The position numbers were made by a program, and so were the translations under genes. From positions 64,001-128,000 of the forward strand of contig JANNBC010000048.1 of assembly GCA_031385045.1 (NCBI GenBank): a stretch of 64,000 nucleotides of DNA. The letters are read 5' to 3'. The DNA is from a bacterium (GTDB lineage: Bacteria; Bdellovibrionota_C; UBA2361; CALJRW01). The stretch's first letter is position 1. Every line of letters begins with the position of its first letter. Positions 10,537-19,454 of the stretch are shown here, in pieces. The notes beneath the pieces are model-generated. The model saw nothing but the letters and a program-made list of their open reading frames with translations. It did not search any database and was not told the origin of the DNA.

Positions 10537-12315
10537 TTAAATAGCTAGATCATAATAAACATACTTCATAGCCTGCATAAAAACTCCAAATCGCTTTAGT
10601 AAAATATCTGGTGTTTCCTTCGCATCAGTTTCTAAAACCCAGCCTAAGTAACCTGTCCCTCTGGTTAAAAACTCCAGTTTTAAGTGATCAAATGCTGATA
10701 AACCTTCCTTGATTCCTAACTGTCCATTTCCCTCCGTCCTAAAATAGGATTCTCGCAAAGTTAACAGCGTCTTTGCAAACAGTGGACTCCAAGCGACAAC
10801 AGGCAAGTCTAATATCGCCTGACAAAGCTTTTCTTCTTGTTCAAAAGTCACACCGGCAGATTGTAAAACTTGAGCGACCGCCTTGGGATCAATATAAATA
10901 GAATTTTTTGTTAAGAACTCATACAAAATATGCTTTTCCTTTGTCGGATCTAATTCCTTTGCAACTAATTTTTCAGTTGGTCCAGAAATTTTAGTATCAT
11001 GGATATTAAAAACTTGATAAAATCTAGAGCAGTAGACATACAATAAATAGTGAATCAATTCTGGAGTTTCTTGATATCCATCGTTATTTAATACTTCCTG
11101 AACAACTAATAAGTCTTGAATAAATTGTCCTTGAGCATCTAACAATTGTTGTCGAGTTTGTAGCGTTTCGCTATCAGGATTATTTCTGGCGAGAGAACTA
11201 ATGAAATTTATTTTAATTGCCAGTGCCTCAACTGGTAAAAATTTTAATTCGGGAGTAGCCTGCCAGAGATCTACTGTAATTTGACGGAGGGTTGTTAAAA
11301 GCTCTTGATCCTCAATGACACTAGTAAACCTGTCCATCTCAGTAGGACTTAAACTTGTTAAGTGGTGTAACCAATCATGATCAGCCATCTGATATACTGC
11401 TTGAATCGCTTGATAGATTCGCTGATCAATTTTATTTCCAGTGATACTCGCCACCCGAGAAAGAGCATTCATCGCTCGAGCATCAATTTCAACGGTACTC
11501 AGAGTTGCTGTATAACTAATAATTTGATCTTCAAATCTTCGCGGATAAACTAATTCTGTGAAAGTATGATTATATAAAAAACCACTAACTAATTGTGGAT
11601 TAAATAAATCCATTGTTGCGTGCGAAGAGTTGAGATCAGTGAATAAAGGAGAGATAACGACGGCAGAGCCCATAACTCTTCCAGTTCGAAAACTAATTTT
11701 AGCATGTAGTTGATGTAAATCAGGACATTCCTGATAAGCAGAAATTGAATCTTCTAAATTGCTTAACCTTGCACCTGCATTCTCTAGACTACTAACTACA
11801 GCTGAATAAAAACTATCACTTTGCATTTGGAGAAGTTGCAATTGATGAAGCTTCTCAATAGGGGTTGTCATTAATAAATTAGTAAATTCTTTTTTATTAA
11901 AACCACTTCTTGCTCGATACTCATTGGTAAAAAATGGATCTAGTAAATCTTCACTTAGATCAAGACAATGAATTTGTGAACATAACGAATACAACTTAAC
12001 AATTACTTTTTCAGAAGTTAAGTATTCAAATAGTTCTTGGCGTGATTCACGGACGTAGGTTAGTAGACTTTTATAGAGGATATCAGGCGTTGAATAGAAT
12101 AGCAGACCTAAAATTTCAGAATTTGTACCAGGTTCATTGCCTGTAGAATTTCGACAATGAATTAAGAATGATTCAATTTCAGTGGAAAGCTTTTTAACAG
12201 AACCAAGAACATTTTGTGGCTCTAAAGATACTAAAAAGTTAGCTGACAGATCAGAATTAACCTGCGCTGGAACAGCTACTAAACTTGTTTTTGGTGAACT
12301 CTGACCACGAATCAT
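10537..12315 (-). CDS. hypothetical protein (DHDWLHH cluster)
   Basis: 592-aa open frame; no family recognised. Confidence 0.7.
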   Translation of the reverse strand: MIRGQSSPKTSLVAVPAQVNSDLSANFLVSLEPQNVLGSVKKLSTEIESFLIHCRNSTGNEPGTNSEILGLLFYSTPDILYKSLLTYVRESRQELFEYLTSEKVIVKLYSLCSQIHCLDLSEDLLDPFFTNEYRARSGFNKKEFTNLLMTTPIEKLHQLQLLQMQSDSFYSAVVSSLENAGARLSNLEDSISAYQECPDLHQLHAKISFRTGRVMGSAVVISPLFTDLNSSHATMDLFNPQLVSGFLYNHTFTELVYPRRFEDQIISYTATLSTVEIDARAMNALSRVASITGNKIDQRIYQAIQAVYQMADHDWLHHLTSLSPTEMDRFTSVIEDQELLTTLRQITVDLWQATPELKFLPVEALAIKINFISSLARNNPDSETLQTRQQLLDAQGQFIQDLLVVQEVLNNDGYQETPELIHYLLYVYCSRFYQVFNIHDTKISGPTEKLVAKELDPTKEKHILYEFLTKNSIYIDPKAVAQVLQSAGVTFEQEEKLCQAILDLPVVAWSPLFAKTLLTLRESYFRTEGNGQLGIKEGLSAFDHLKLEFLTRGTGYLGWVLETDAKETPDILLKRFGVFMQAMKYVYYDLAI

Positions 12316-12511
12316 TTGCTAATCGGCTTAATTATTTATCCCTGATAGTTATGCTTTAAATTTGATTCCTATGATAGTCTCGGAAAGAAAATTATAATTC
12401 TACTAAGTATTTGTTTTATTTGGGATTTTTAATCGTAGTAAGGAGGCTCGGAAAGTAACTGTAACTGTATTTAAGGCGTAAGCTTAAAATTTACAGCATG
12501 CCGTACTAGTT

Positions 12512-12802
12512 TTAGCGATCTTGAGCTTTGCGCGGATAGGTAATCTCAGCAACTTTGCAATCATCACGACAAATCAAAGAAACATGGTCGAGGTTTAATT
12601 GCATTGTTTCACCTTCAATCTTAACGGCAACAATCTGTTTTTTATCACTAGCATTTTGAGCTAGAGCACTTTCTAACTGCGAGTATCCATTTTTAAGTTT
12701 AATTAGGACGCCACTTTCCGTAATAATAGTAGCCCCGTCCCCAGCAAAAGCAAAATTGATCGGTAAGAGTAATAGCAAAATTAAAGAGATTTTTTTAAGC
12801 AT
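12512..12802 (-). CDS. small secreted hypothetical protein
   Basis: Signal peptide MLKKISLILLLLLPINFAFA; CxxxC near the C-terminus. Confidence 0.7.
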   Translation of the reverse strand: MLKKISLILLLLLPINFAFAGDGATIITESGVLIKLKNGYSQLESALAQNASDKKQIVAVKIEGETMQLNLDHVSLICRDDCKVAEITYPRKAQDR

Positions 12803-13050
12803 TTTTACAATTAAAGATAAGCCTAATTAATTATCAAATTTAACGGCCCCATTTGCAATAGTTTATTATAGCGACAGCTTCCAAATCCCTAAAATTAAGC
12901 CTTAGTTGTAGATTACTAAAAATTACTAGCAATTAGAGGTTAAAATAGCTTTCTACCTCCAGAATCTAGCTTCTCAAATAATTCTTCCACGCACTTTCTT
13001 AACAAGCAATTTAGTCTATTATACGTTCCAAGATTTATTAAAGCTAAACA

Positions 13051-13674
13051 ATGTCCTCACTCCTTAGTGAATTTCAATTAGATTTACACCTTGTTAAACG
13101 ACTAGCTAATTTAGATTTTGCAAATCCTGTTAGCTTGGAACTAAGTTTTCCCAAAGCGCTCTGCTTTACAATTCTTCCTGATGACAAACTTGTAATAATC
13201 TTTTCAGAAAATCTGGACTTATGTCGTGATGGGCTGCTTAGCTCTGCGGAAAGTGTTATTAGATCCTCCAGAAATTGCCAAGATCCGATTACGACTGTTT
13301 CAGAAGCATTAGCAATCTTTATTCAAACAAAGAAAGGTTTTGCCTTTAATTTTAGCAAAATGCCTCTTACAACTTCTGATATAGAAATATCTACTACTCC
13401 ACTATCACTTCAAATCGAGACCTTCCCTGCTTTTAATCCTTGTAGTCATTCCAGTGATACTCCAACTATTTTTGTTGCACTACCTGAGATTCCAATTGGA
13501 ATTAATCCCCTAAAAAAAATAAATAACACTGGCCTCGCAACTCTTGTATTAACTACAGAGACTCGATCTGAAACTCCTCAAATGACTCGCGCTGATCGTT
13601 TAAAATATCTAGAATCCCGAACCATAAATACTAGAAGTGAAAACCCTGGAGAGAGAAATCATCGTCGCCATTAA
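13051..13674 (+). CDS. hypothetical protein
   Basis: 207-aa ORF; no family recognised. Confidence 0.6.
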   Translation: MSSLLSEFQLDLHLVKRLANLDFANPVSLELSFPKALCFTILPDDKLVIIFSENLDLCRDGLLSSAESVIRSSRNCQDPITTVSEALAIFIQTKKGFAFNFSKMPLTTSDIEISTTPLSLQIETFPAFNPCSHSSDTPTIFVALPEIPIGINPLKKINNTGLATLVLTTETRSETPQMTRADRLKYLESRTINTRSENPGERNHRRH

Positions 13675-13704
13675 ATTAGTTAAGTTTTTTATTAATTAGA
13701 AAAT

Positions 13705-14976
13705 ATGAAAGTATTACCTGCAATTACCAGTCAATTATTAAGCCTTAGCCTATATTGTTTACCAATAGCAAAAGCTGAGGAAAACAATCAGGTAATGCCA
13801 AATGCACCAAAAGAAAATTTGGAACTAACAAAATCAGCAGAAGCACTTACAATGCTCAAAAAATTTGAAGAAACTGGCAGAACAAGGAACTTTGATATTT
13901 TAAAAGCTGCTAAGCCAGAAGAAAGAGTAAGGCTATTACAAGAACAAGAGAAGCAAATCATTCAAGTGATTAATAGCTTAGCAAAACTTTATAATTTGCC
14001 TGTTACAGATCCTGGGCTTCGCCTCACTCCAGCAAACTTCCAAACCCTGACAGAACCATTAATCACGGAAATTTTTAAAGATAAACAAACTATTTTATTC
14101 CCTAGATCATTAATCATAAATGAAGAAGAAGGAGTCATCCTCTATACTTTACCAGTTACTATTGCCGAAAAATATCAAGAGCGTGTGATCCCACGAGAAT
14201 ATCAAATCGCTGGTTTACTTAATGACAACAACATATCTCCTGTTAGCTTTCACCAAACCTCTGTTCCATTCTTTGAAGTAATGATCGCCGGGCCCCATGA
14301 AGCAATAATCTCCCAAGTAGCACCCAAAGACTACTCGCTCACAAATAAAACTGGTGCTGTGATCTTTAAAGATCGCCTCGCAGGCGAATTGAAAGCTGCT
14401 TCTAAAGGAGTCCCTGCGCCAATCGAAAAAATTGAGCATGCACTAGCTGTTAGAATTACTACTTTTGCCATGACTGATATGTCACCTGAGGTTCCTCCAA
14501 TAATGAAATTTGAGGGAAAAGAATTTCAAAAAGTTCAACTTGGACAACTCTTTGGAGATTATAAATTTTTAAACTCAACTAAAAGTCTTGGCTTAGAATT
14601 TTTAGTTTATGATTTGCAAATTGCTGAAAAAACTAAAGATCCCCAATATCAGTTATCCCTCCTGATTCTTAAAAAAGCCTTGGAGAATTTTATTACTGAA
14701 CAAGATATTCGTGGCTCGCATCTCAATACTTTAATCGGACAACAAATCGGTGATAACAAACAGTTCTATCCAACACAAATTGCTAATCTTAGAGTAGATC
14801 TTCAAACTAAAGCTCCCACAGCAATCTTGTCAGAATTGTTTTCTATAGCAATAAAGCAAAAAACTACAGACTTAACAGTAACTAGAGTTCCATTGATGGA
14901 AAGTTTCTACCTCACTTATCTAAATACAATGGCTGATGAAGTAGATAATATTAGAAACTCAATTAAGCTAAAGTGA
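13705..14976 (+). CDS. putative secreted hypothetical protein
   Basis: 423-aa ORF with a signal-like N-terminus ending AKA. Confidence 0.7.
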   Translation: MKVLPAITSQLLSLSLYCLPIAKAEENNQVMPNAPKENLELTKSAEALTMLKKFEETGRTRNFDILKAAKPEERVRLLQEQEKQIIQVINSLAKLYNLPVTDPGLRLTPANFQTLTEPLITEIFKDKQTILFPRSLIINEEEGVILYTLPVTIAEKYQERVIPREYQIAGLLNDNNISPVSFHQTSVPFFEVMIAGPHEAIISQVAPKDYSLTNKTGAVIFKDRLAGELKAASKGVPAPIEKIEHALAVRITTFAMTDMSPEVPPIMKFEGKEFQKVQLGQLFGDYKFLNSTKSLGLEFLVYDLQIAEKTKDPQYQLSLLILKKALENFITEQDIRGSHLNTLIGQQIGDNKQFYPTQIANLRVDLQTKAPTAILSELFSIAIKQKTTDLTVTRVPLMESFYLTYLNTMADEVDNIRNSIKLK

Positions 14977-17100
14977 GCTGTTAAAAAATTCTAATAATTG
15001 TTTTAATTCTCTCTTCCCTTTAAAGGTATAAAGCTTCTGAGAACGATGCTCTGCTGGTAGAGCTATTTTAAAAGAAAGGAAATTAGAGTGAGAACCAGAA
15101 CCCGTCATGTATAATACCAAGCGATCTGCTGGAATATTATTTGCAATGTCTTTCAGAGGTGCAAATTTTTCTGAATCAGCAATTCTAATGTCTGTAATCT
15201 TAGGAGCAAGTTCCATCATTAATTCTGCTTTTAAAGGATTTACTCGCTCCAGCGGCATAACAATCAGGATACTCTTAAAGCTTGGAGGACATTTAATTGT
15301 TAGTGGTTTAACAAACTCAACTATTTTACCTTCACCAAGATCATCCTCCCCACTTTGGCTTAGGCTAACTAGTTGCTTGATTTCACCGTGTTTAGCTTCA
15401 AGCCAACTAGCAAACAAATCAACCTCTTGATGTACCTTACAATGTGATAGCTTATTTACTTCCGTTAATCTTTGTTCGTAGGTAGCTAAAAAATCGGGAT
15501 TAGTTAAGACATGTTGGAAATAAATCCGGCGCATTCGGTGGCTATCTAGCGTACTCTGATAAAAGCTGGAAGTTAAATGATCTTTGATATGTCGACAAAT
15601 GTTGTTAGCAACATCTGAGCTCTCCCCATACTCACTAATTGCCTCTCTAAAAAGTCGTCCACACTGATATTTATTAAAAATTTGTCGAGCTTCAATTAGT
15701 CTAGAATCCAATAAAATTAAATCGGATCTTTTAGACGTACTTGCTAATTCACCTTGATCTACTGCGCTAATTTCACGAGTAACCTGACGAGTTAAGTGCA
15801 TGACGGCCTCAGGACTTAAAGTGTCAGGTAAACTTTGAAGATCTAAAGAATTTAATTTTAAAATCATAGCTTTTTTTCGCTCTGATTCTTTACCAAATAA
15901 AGCTTGAGCTTGAGTAATCAGATCCGTCCGCAACAGGTCTCCTCTTTTAACTCCATCAATTAAACTCTGTAAACATTCTGGATCATTATTTACAACAAGA
16001 TAATTTTGAATCTTTTCTATGTATTCAGGAGCCTGATCAAATAGTGCACTTAAGAACTCCGAATTCAAAACCTTGCCCAACTTCACAGTTGAATCAGAGA
16101 TAGTAATTAGTAATCGGCCTAAAGGATGATCATTTGAGCTTCCAAATTCAATCAAAAGCTTTAATGCTTCTGATTGATCAAAACTATTTGATTTTGCAAC
16201 TCGTTCGGCAATTGCCAAATACTCGGGACGTTCTGTTAAAAAATCAAAAATTGTAGCTGCTTCTGAGCCAGCGACAGTAAGAATTGAGATCATCTTACTT
16301 CGCTCTCGTCGCTCTAGTTTTAACAATGCTTGATAACAAGCAACTCCATAATGATATTCAGAAGCATCCGCATTTTTCACTAATAACTTATATGCCGAGT
16401 AAAGCTCAGCTGGTTTTTTATCCTTACAAATAGCTTGATAAGCAAGTTGATCATTTGCCCAATCACTATGATCCATAAAACTAAATAATATTCCATGGAA
16501 AATACCATTGGTGACATTTTTTAAGCTTGGAAATTCTTGGGTATCAAAAAGATATTTATCAATACATTCCTTCTTAACCCCAGCCATAATCCCCTGAATT
16601 TCTTCCGGAAGATTTTCTGCAATTTTTAAGACAACACTAAAAAAACTTTCAAAGTAGTCGAGTGAAAGTTGCATAATCTTTGGATCTAATGCCCGATTTA
16701 GATGCATGATATTTGTTGCAATATTATCAGGCAAAATAGTCAAGGTTACGGCGTTACAAGCCTGTGGTGTTAAATCACCATTACTTTTTTGTTTCAAAAC
16801 CTTGGCAGCATTAAGGAAGATATATCTTAAATTATTAACGGTGCGTTCAGTTAGTACTTCTCCAAAATCTTGATGTATCTCACCATTCGCGATTAGCTCT
16901 CGACAGGAACGCACCGAATAAAGGATTATCTTACTAGCATCCTTCCAATTTAATTCAGGAGCTAAAAAAACAAGATCTAGCCACTTAAGCCCATTGTCAC
17001 TTGGCGAAAAACCTAATTTGCGTAGTTCATCTAAACTTCGATCAAAAAGTTGATTAATCTGCTCTCTGATTGGCTTTTCTGGTTCTATTCCAGGAATCAT
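14968..17100 (-). CDS. large helical hypothetical protein with possible C-terminal DUF2325-like domain
   Basis: 710 aa; C-terminal LVLYMTGSGSH...KLYTFKG resembles the DUF2325 beta-xT..SH pattern. Confidence 0.65.
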   Translation of the reverse strand: MIPGIEPEKPIREQINQLFDRSLDELRKLGFSPSDNGLKWLDLVFLAPELNWKDASKIILYSVRSCRELIANGEIHQDFGEVLTERTVNNLRYIFLNAAKVLKQKSNGDLTPQACNAVTLTILPDNIATNIMHLNRALDPKIMQLSLDYFESFFSVVLKIAENLPEEIQGIMAGVKKECIDKYLFDTQEFPSLKNVTNGIFHGILFSFMDHSDWANDQLAYQAICKDKKPAELYSAYKLLVKNADASEYHYGVACYQALLKLERRERSKMISILTVAGSEAATIFDFLTERPEYLAIAERVAKSNSFDQSEALKLLIEFGSSNDHPLGRLLITISDSTVKLGKVLNSEFLSALFDQAPEYIEKIQNYLVVNNDPECLQSLIDGVKRGDLLRTDLITQAQALFGKESERKKAMILKLNSLDLQSLPDTLSPEAVMHLTRQVTREISAVDQGELASTSKRSDLILLDSRLIEARQIFNKYQCGRLFREAISEYGESSDVANNICRHIKDHLTSSFYQSTLDSHRMRRIYFQHVLTNPDFLATYEQRLTEVNKLSHCKVHQEVDLFASWLEAKHGEIKQLVSLSQSGEDDLGEGKIVEFVKPLTIKCPPSFKSILIVMPLERVNPLKAELMMELAPKITDIRIADSEKFAPLKDIANNIPADRLVLYMTGSGSHSNFLSFKIALPAEHRSQKLYTFKGKRELKQLLEFFNSSL

Positions 17101-17230
17101 AATTTATGGTGATTTTGATATAATTAGTAACAGCACTAAGTTACTTAGTTATGCTAGTTAAAAAATAACTGTTACCATTTCTTTAATTTTTAGTAAGCGT
17201 TCAGGTAGTCATTATAAAGAAAGATCAAAT

Positions 17231-17421
17231 CCCCTTTAAGGGGTCAATTTACGAAGTAAATTGGGGGTAGCTTGGTCCTCCCGTAGCTTTAGCGAAGGGG
17301 GAGAGACGACTAGCCGTTCACACCACTGGACAAAATCGTTCAGATTTTGACAAAGAAACAGCTGGATCTGCTTTCTTTGAGCATCTTGGCAAAAGACTTT
17401 TACCTAACACGTGAACGGCTA
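17231..17421. repeat. composite REP-like hairpin mosaic
   Basis: CCCCTTTAAGGGG; CAATTTAC-GAA-GTAAATTG; TCCTCCCGTAGCTTTAGCGAAGGGGGA; perfect 11-bp IR TAGCCGTTCAC 17311-17321/17411-17421. Confidence 0.7.
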
Positions 17422-17531
17422 TAATTTTTACGCATCAGTTATAATAGACTAACTAGCTGTAATTACTACTAATCTGACAAGGGCATTAGCAACCATGGAG
17501 TATTTCGCTATCGATCAGACTTGTAGCACTA

Positions 17532-17540
17532 TGCTATAAT
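17532..17540 (+). promoter_or_regulatory. extended -10 promoter (TGcTATAAT), probably leaderless
   Basis: Perfect TGnTATAAT ending 7 nt before ATG 17548; no SD. Confidence 0.55.
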
Positions 17541-17547
17541 ACTGTTT

Positions 17548-18159
17548 ATGAGAAAATTTCCGATACTCTTACTCCTAATTAGTAATCTTGCCATGGCAGA
17601 GATTTATAATTGCAATGGAACTTGGTCTAACAAACCTTGCCCTGAAGGGGGAGCACTTGAATCAATCGTAGAAATCAAACGAGCGCCTCAAACTCCTGAG
17701 GAGATATCGGCTAGTCAAAAGAAAATGATTGTTCACGATCTCCAAACTCTTAAATTTAATGCGGAACGCGAAACTGGATTAATGTTTGTTATTTCTGATA
17801 TCCTAGCAATTTGTAATAGTCAGGACGCCACCCTAGAGGACTGCACAGAAAAGGCTAATCAGAAAGTTGATAGTATTACGAAGTCGCTTACTGATGTTAA
17901 AATTAGTCGTGAAAATAATAAGACAAAAAAGCCTGAAGATCAGCAGGTAAGCGATCCCACAACTGATAAAAACGTCTCAATTACAGTAGTTGAAAACCGC
18001 GACCCCTACTACAAACGCTTTCCATGGTATCGACCTACTCGACCAAAACCATTCCCAACAAGTGAGCCAGATCGACCTGTTATTCAGCCACCAGTAACTC
18101 CTGAACCTCCAGTGAAACAACCAGGGAAGCAAAGTGGTGGTGGAATTGGAATTAAATAA
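17548..18159 (+). CDS. secreted protein, DUF4124-like N-terminus and Pro-rich tail
   Basis: Signal peptide + AEIYNCNGTWSNKPC; Pro-rich C-terminus. Confidence 0.7.
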   Translation: MRKFPILLLLISNLAMAEIYNCNGTWSNKPCPEGGALESIVEIKRAPQTPEEISASQKKMIVHDLQTLKFNAERETGLMFVISDILAICNSQDATLEDCTEKANQKVDSITKSLTDVKISRENNKTKKPEDQQVSDPTTDKNVSITVVENRDPYYKRFPWYRPTRPKPFPTSEPDRPVIQPPVTPEPPVKQPGKQSGGGIGIK

Positions 18160-18165
18160 GACTAA

Positions 18166-19368
18166 TTAGTTATCAGAAAAAACTTCTTCTAAAAGTTGCT
18201 TATAACTTTGTGGATGATGAAACTCAGGTTCTTCACGATTGTTTAATAAATGTACTGTTTCATTATATCCCCGCTCAATTAAACCTTGAATGTAATCAGG
18301 ATCAAGGGCGACATAGGATAATGTTTCATAGGCGACTTCTTCCCCTAATCTATTCTTTAAAATCTTAAAAATTGGCCAGATTGGGCCTACCGCACCAATA
18401 AACTTTCGAGACGAAGTATTTACAGAATTTTTTAAAAGTTCCCCCAGTGGTTTACGACAACGGATCACAAAAGTTTCCGGTGGTCGTAGACAAAAAGTCT
18501 TTTCTTGCGCTTCAACTTCCCAAGATGGACGTGTATCTAAAGAACTATTCTGGCGATTTAACCACCAATCTCTTCCGGAAATATCAATTGAGATAATTCG
18601 CTCTGCTCCCATCCGCACAGCTGGATCAACTGGAACATTCTGAGAAATACCACCATCAACTAAGCGCACAGTTCCTTCCTTGGTATCAAGTTCAACTGGT
18701 GGCAAGACAGAAGGTAGAGCTGCTGAGGCAAATCCATGCTTAGCCTGTAAAGAATCTACATAACAAACATCAAAACTTGCTCCTAACATCGCCGGTGACT
18801 CCAGCTCTTTATGAGAACTAACAAATAATAATGGTCGACGAGTCTCCCCCTCGATTGTTGTCATTACTCCAACAGACTCTAATTGCGACAAACGGTTATT
18901 AGGATGAAGTCCGCCATGATCATTAATGACTTGATCCACTCGCTCCATTAATGGTCGAGGATTAAAAATTGATTCGGTATTAGAATTAGGGCCGGGATTT
19001 AAAGATTGGATAGCGGCAACTTTGATTGCTCGAAAAAAAGAAGCTGAAGGACTGTCGGCAAAGGTATTACGAAAAGTTCGCTCCTTCCAAAGCTCCTCGG
19101 TAACTTCTACGGCATGAGCAATTCCCTCTTTTAAACAAGCACTAATCAATAAACCATTAATGGCTCCAAGGCTGGAACCAATCACTACCTTAATTGGATT
19201 ATGTTCTTGATCTTGTAGATAGGGGATTAGGGCCTTTAATGCACCAATTTGATAAGCTGCCCTACTTCCACCACCCGATAAAACTAAGCCGATAGCTCCT
19301 GCTCTTGTTGACCAGGGTGTTTTGTTTAAAATTGCTTTTTCTTGAAGATTTCTTGGGTGACGTCGCAT
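18166..19368 (-). CDS. patatin-like phospholipase
   Basis: LSGGGSR, GSSLG nucleophile elbow, VDGG. Confidence 0.9.
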   Translation of the reverse strand: MRRHPRNLQEKAILNKTPWSTRAGAIGLVLSGGGSRAAYQIGALKALIPYLQDQEHNPIKVVIGSSLGAINGLLISACLKEGIAHAVEVTEELWKERTFRNTFADSPSASFFRAIKVAAIQSLNPGPNSNTESIFNPRPLMERVDQVINDHGGLHPNNRLSQLESVGVMTTIEGETRRPLLFVSSHKELESPAMLGASFDVCYVDSLQAKHGFASAALPSVLPPVELDTKEGTVRLVDGGISQNVPVDPAVRMGAERIISIDISGRDWWLNRQNSSLDTRPSWEVEAQEKTFCLRPPETFVIRCRKPLGELLKNSVNTSSRKFIGAVGPIWPIFKILKNRLGEEVAYETLSYVALDPDYIQGLIERGYNETVHLLNNREEPEFHHPQSYKQLLEEVFSDN

Positions 19369-19454
19369 AATTAATTTAGTAGTGTATCGCTGCTGTAAAC
19401 ATTTCTACTTACTGTTAGGATGCACCTAACTGAACATTTTATTTAAACAAATTC

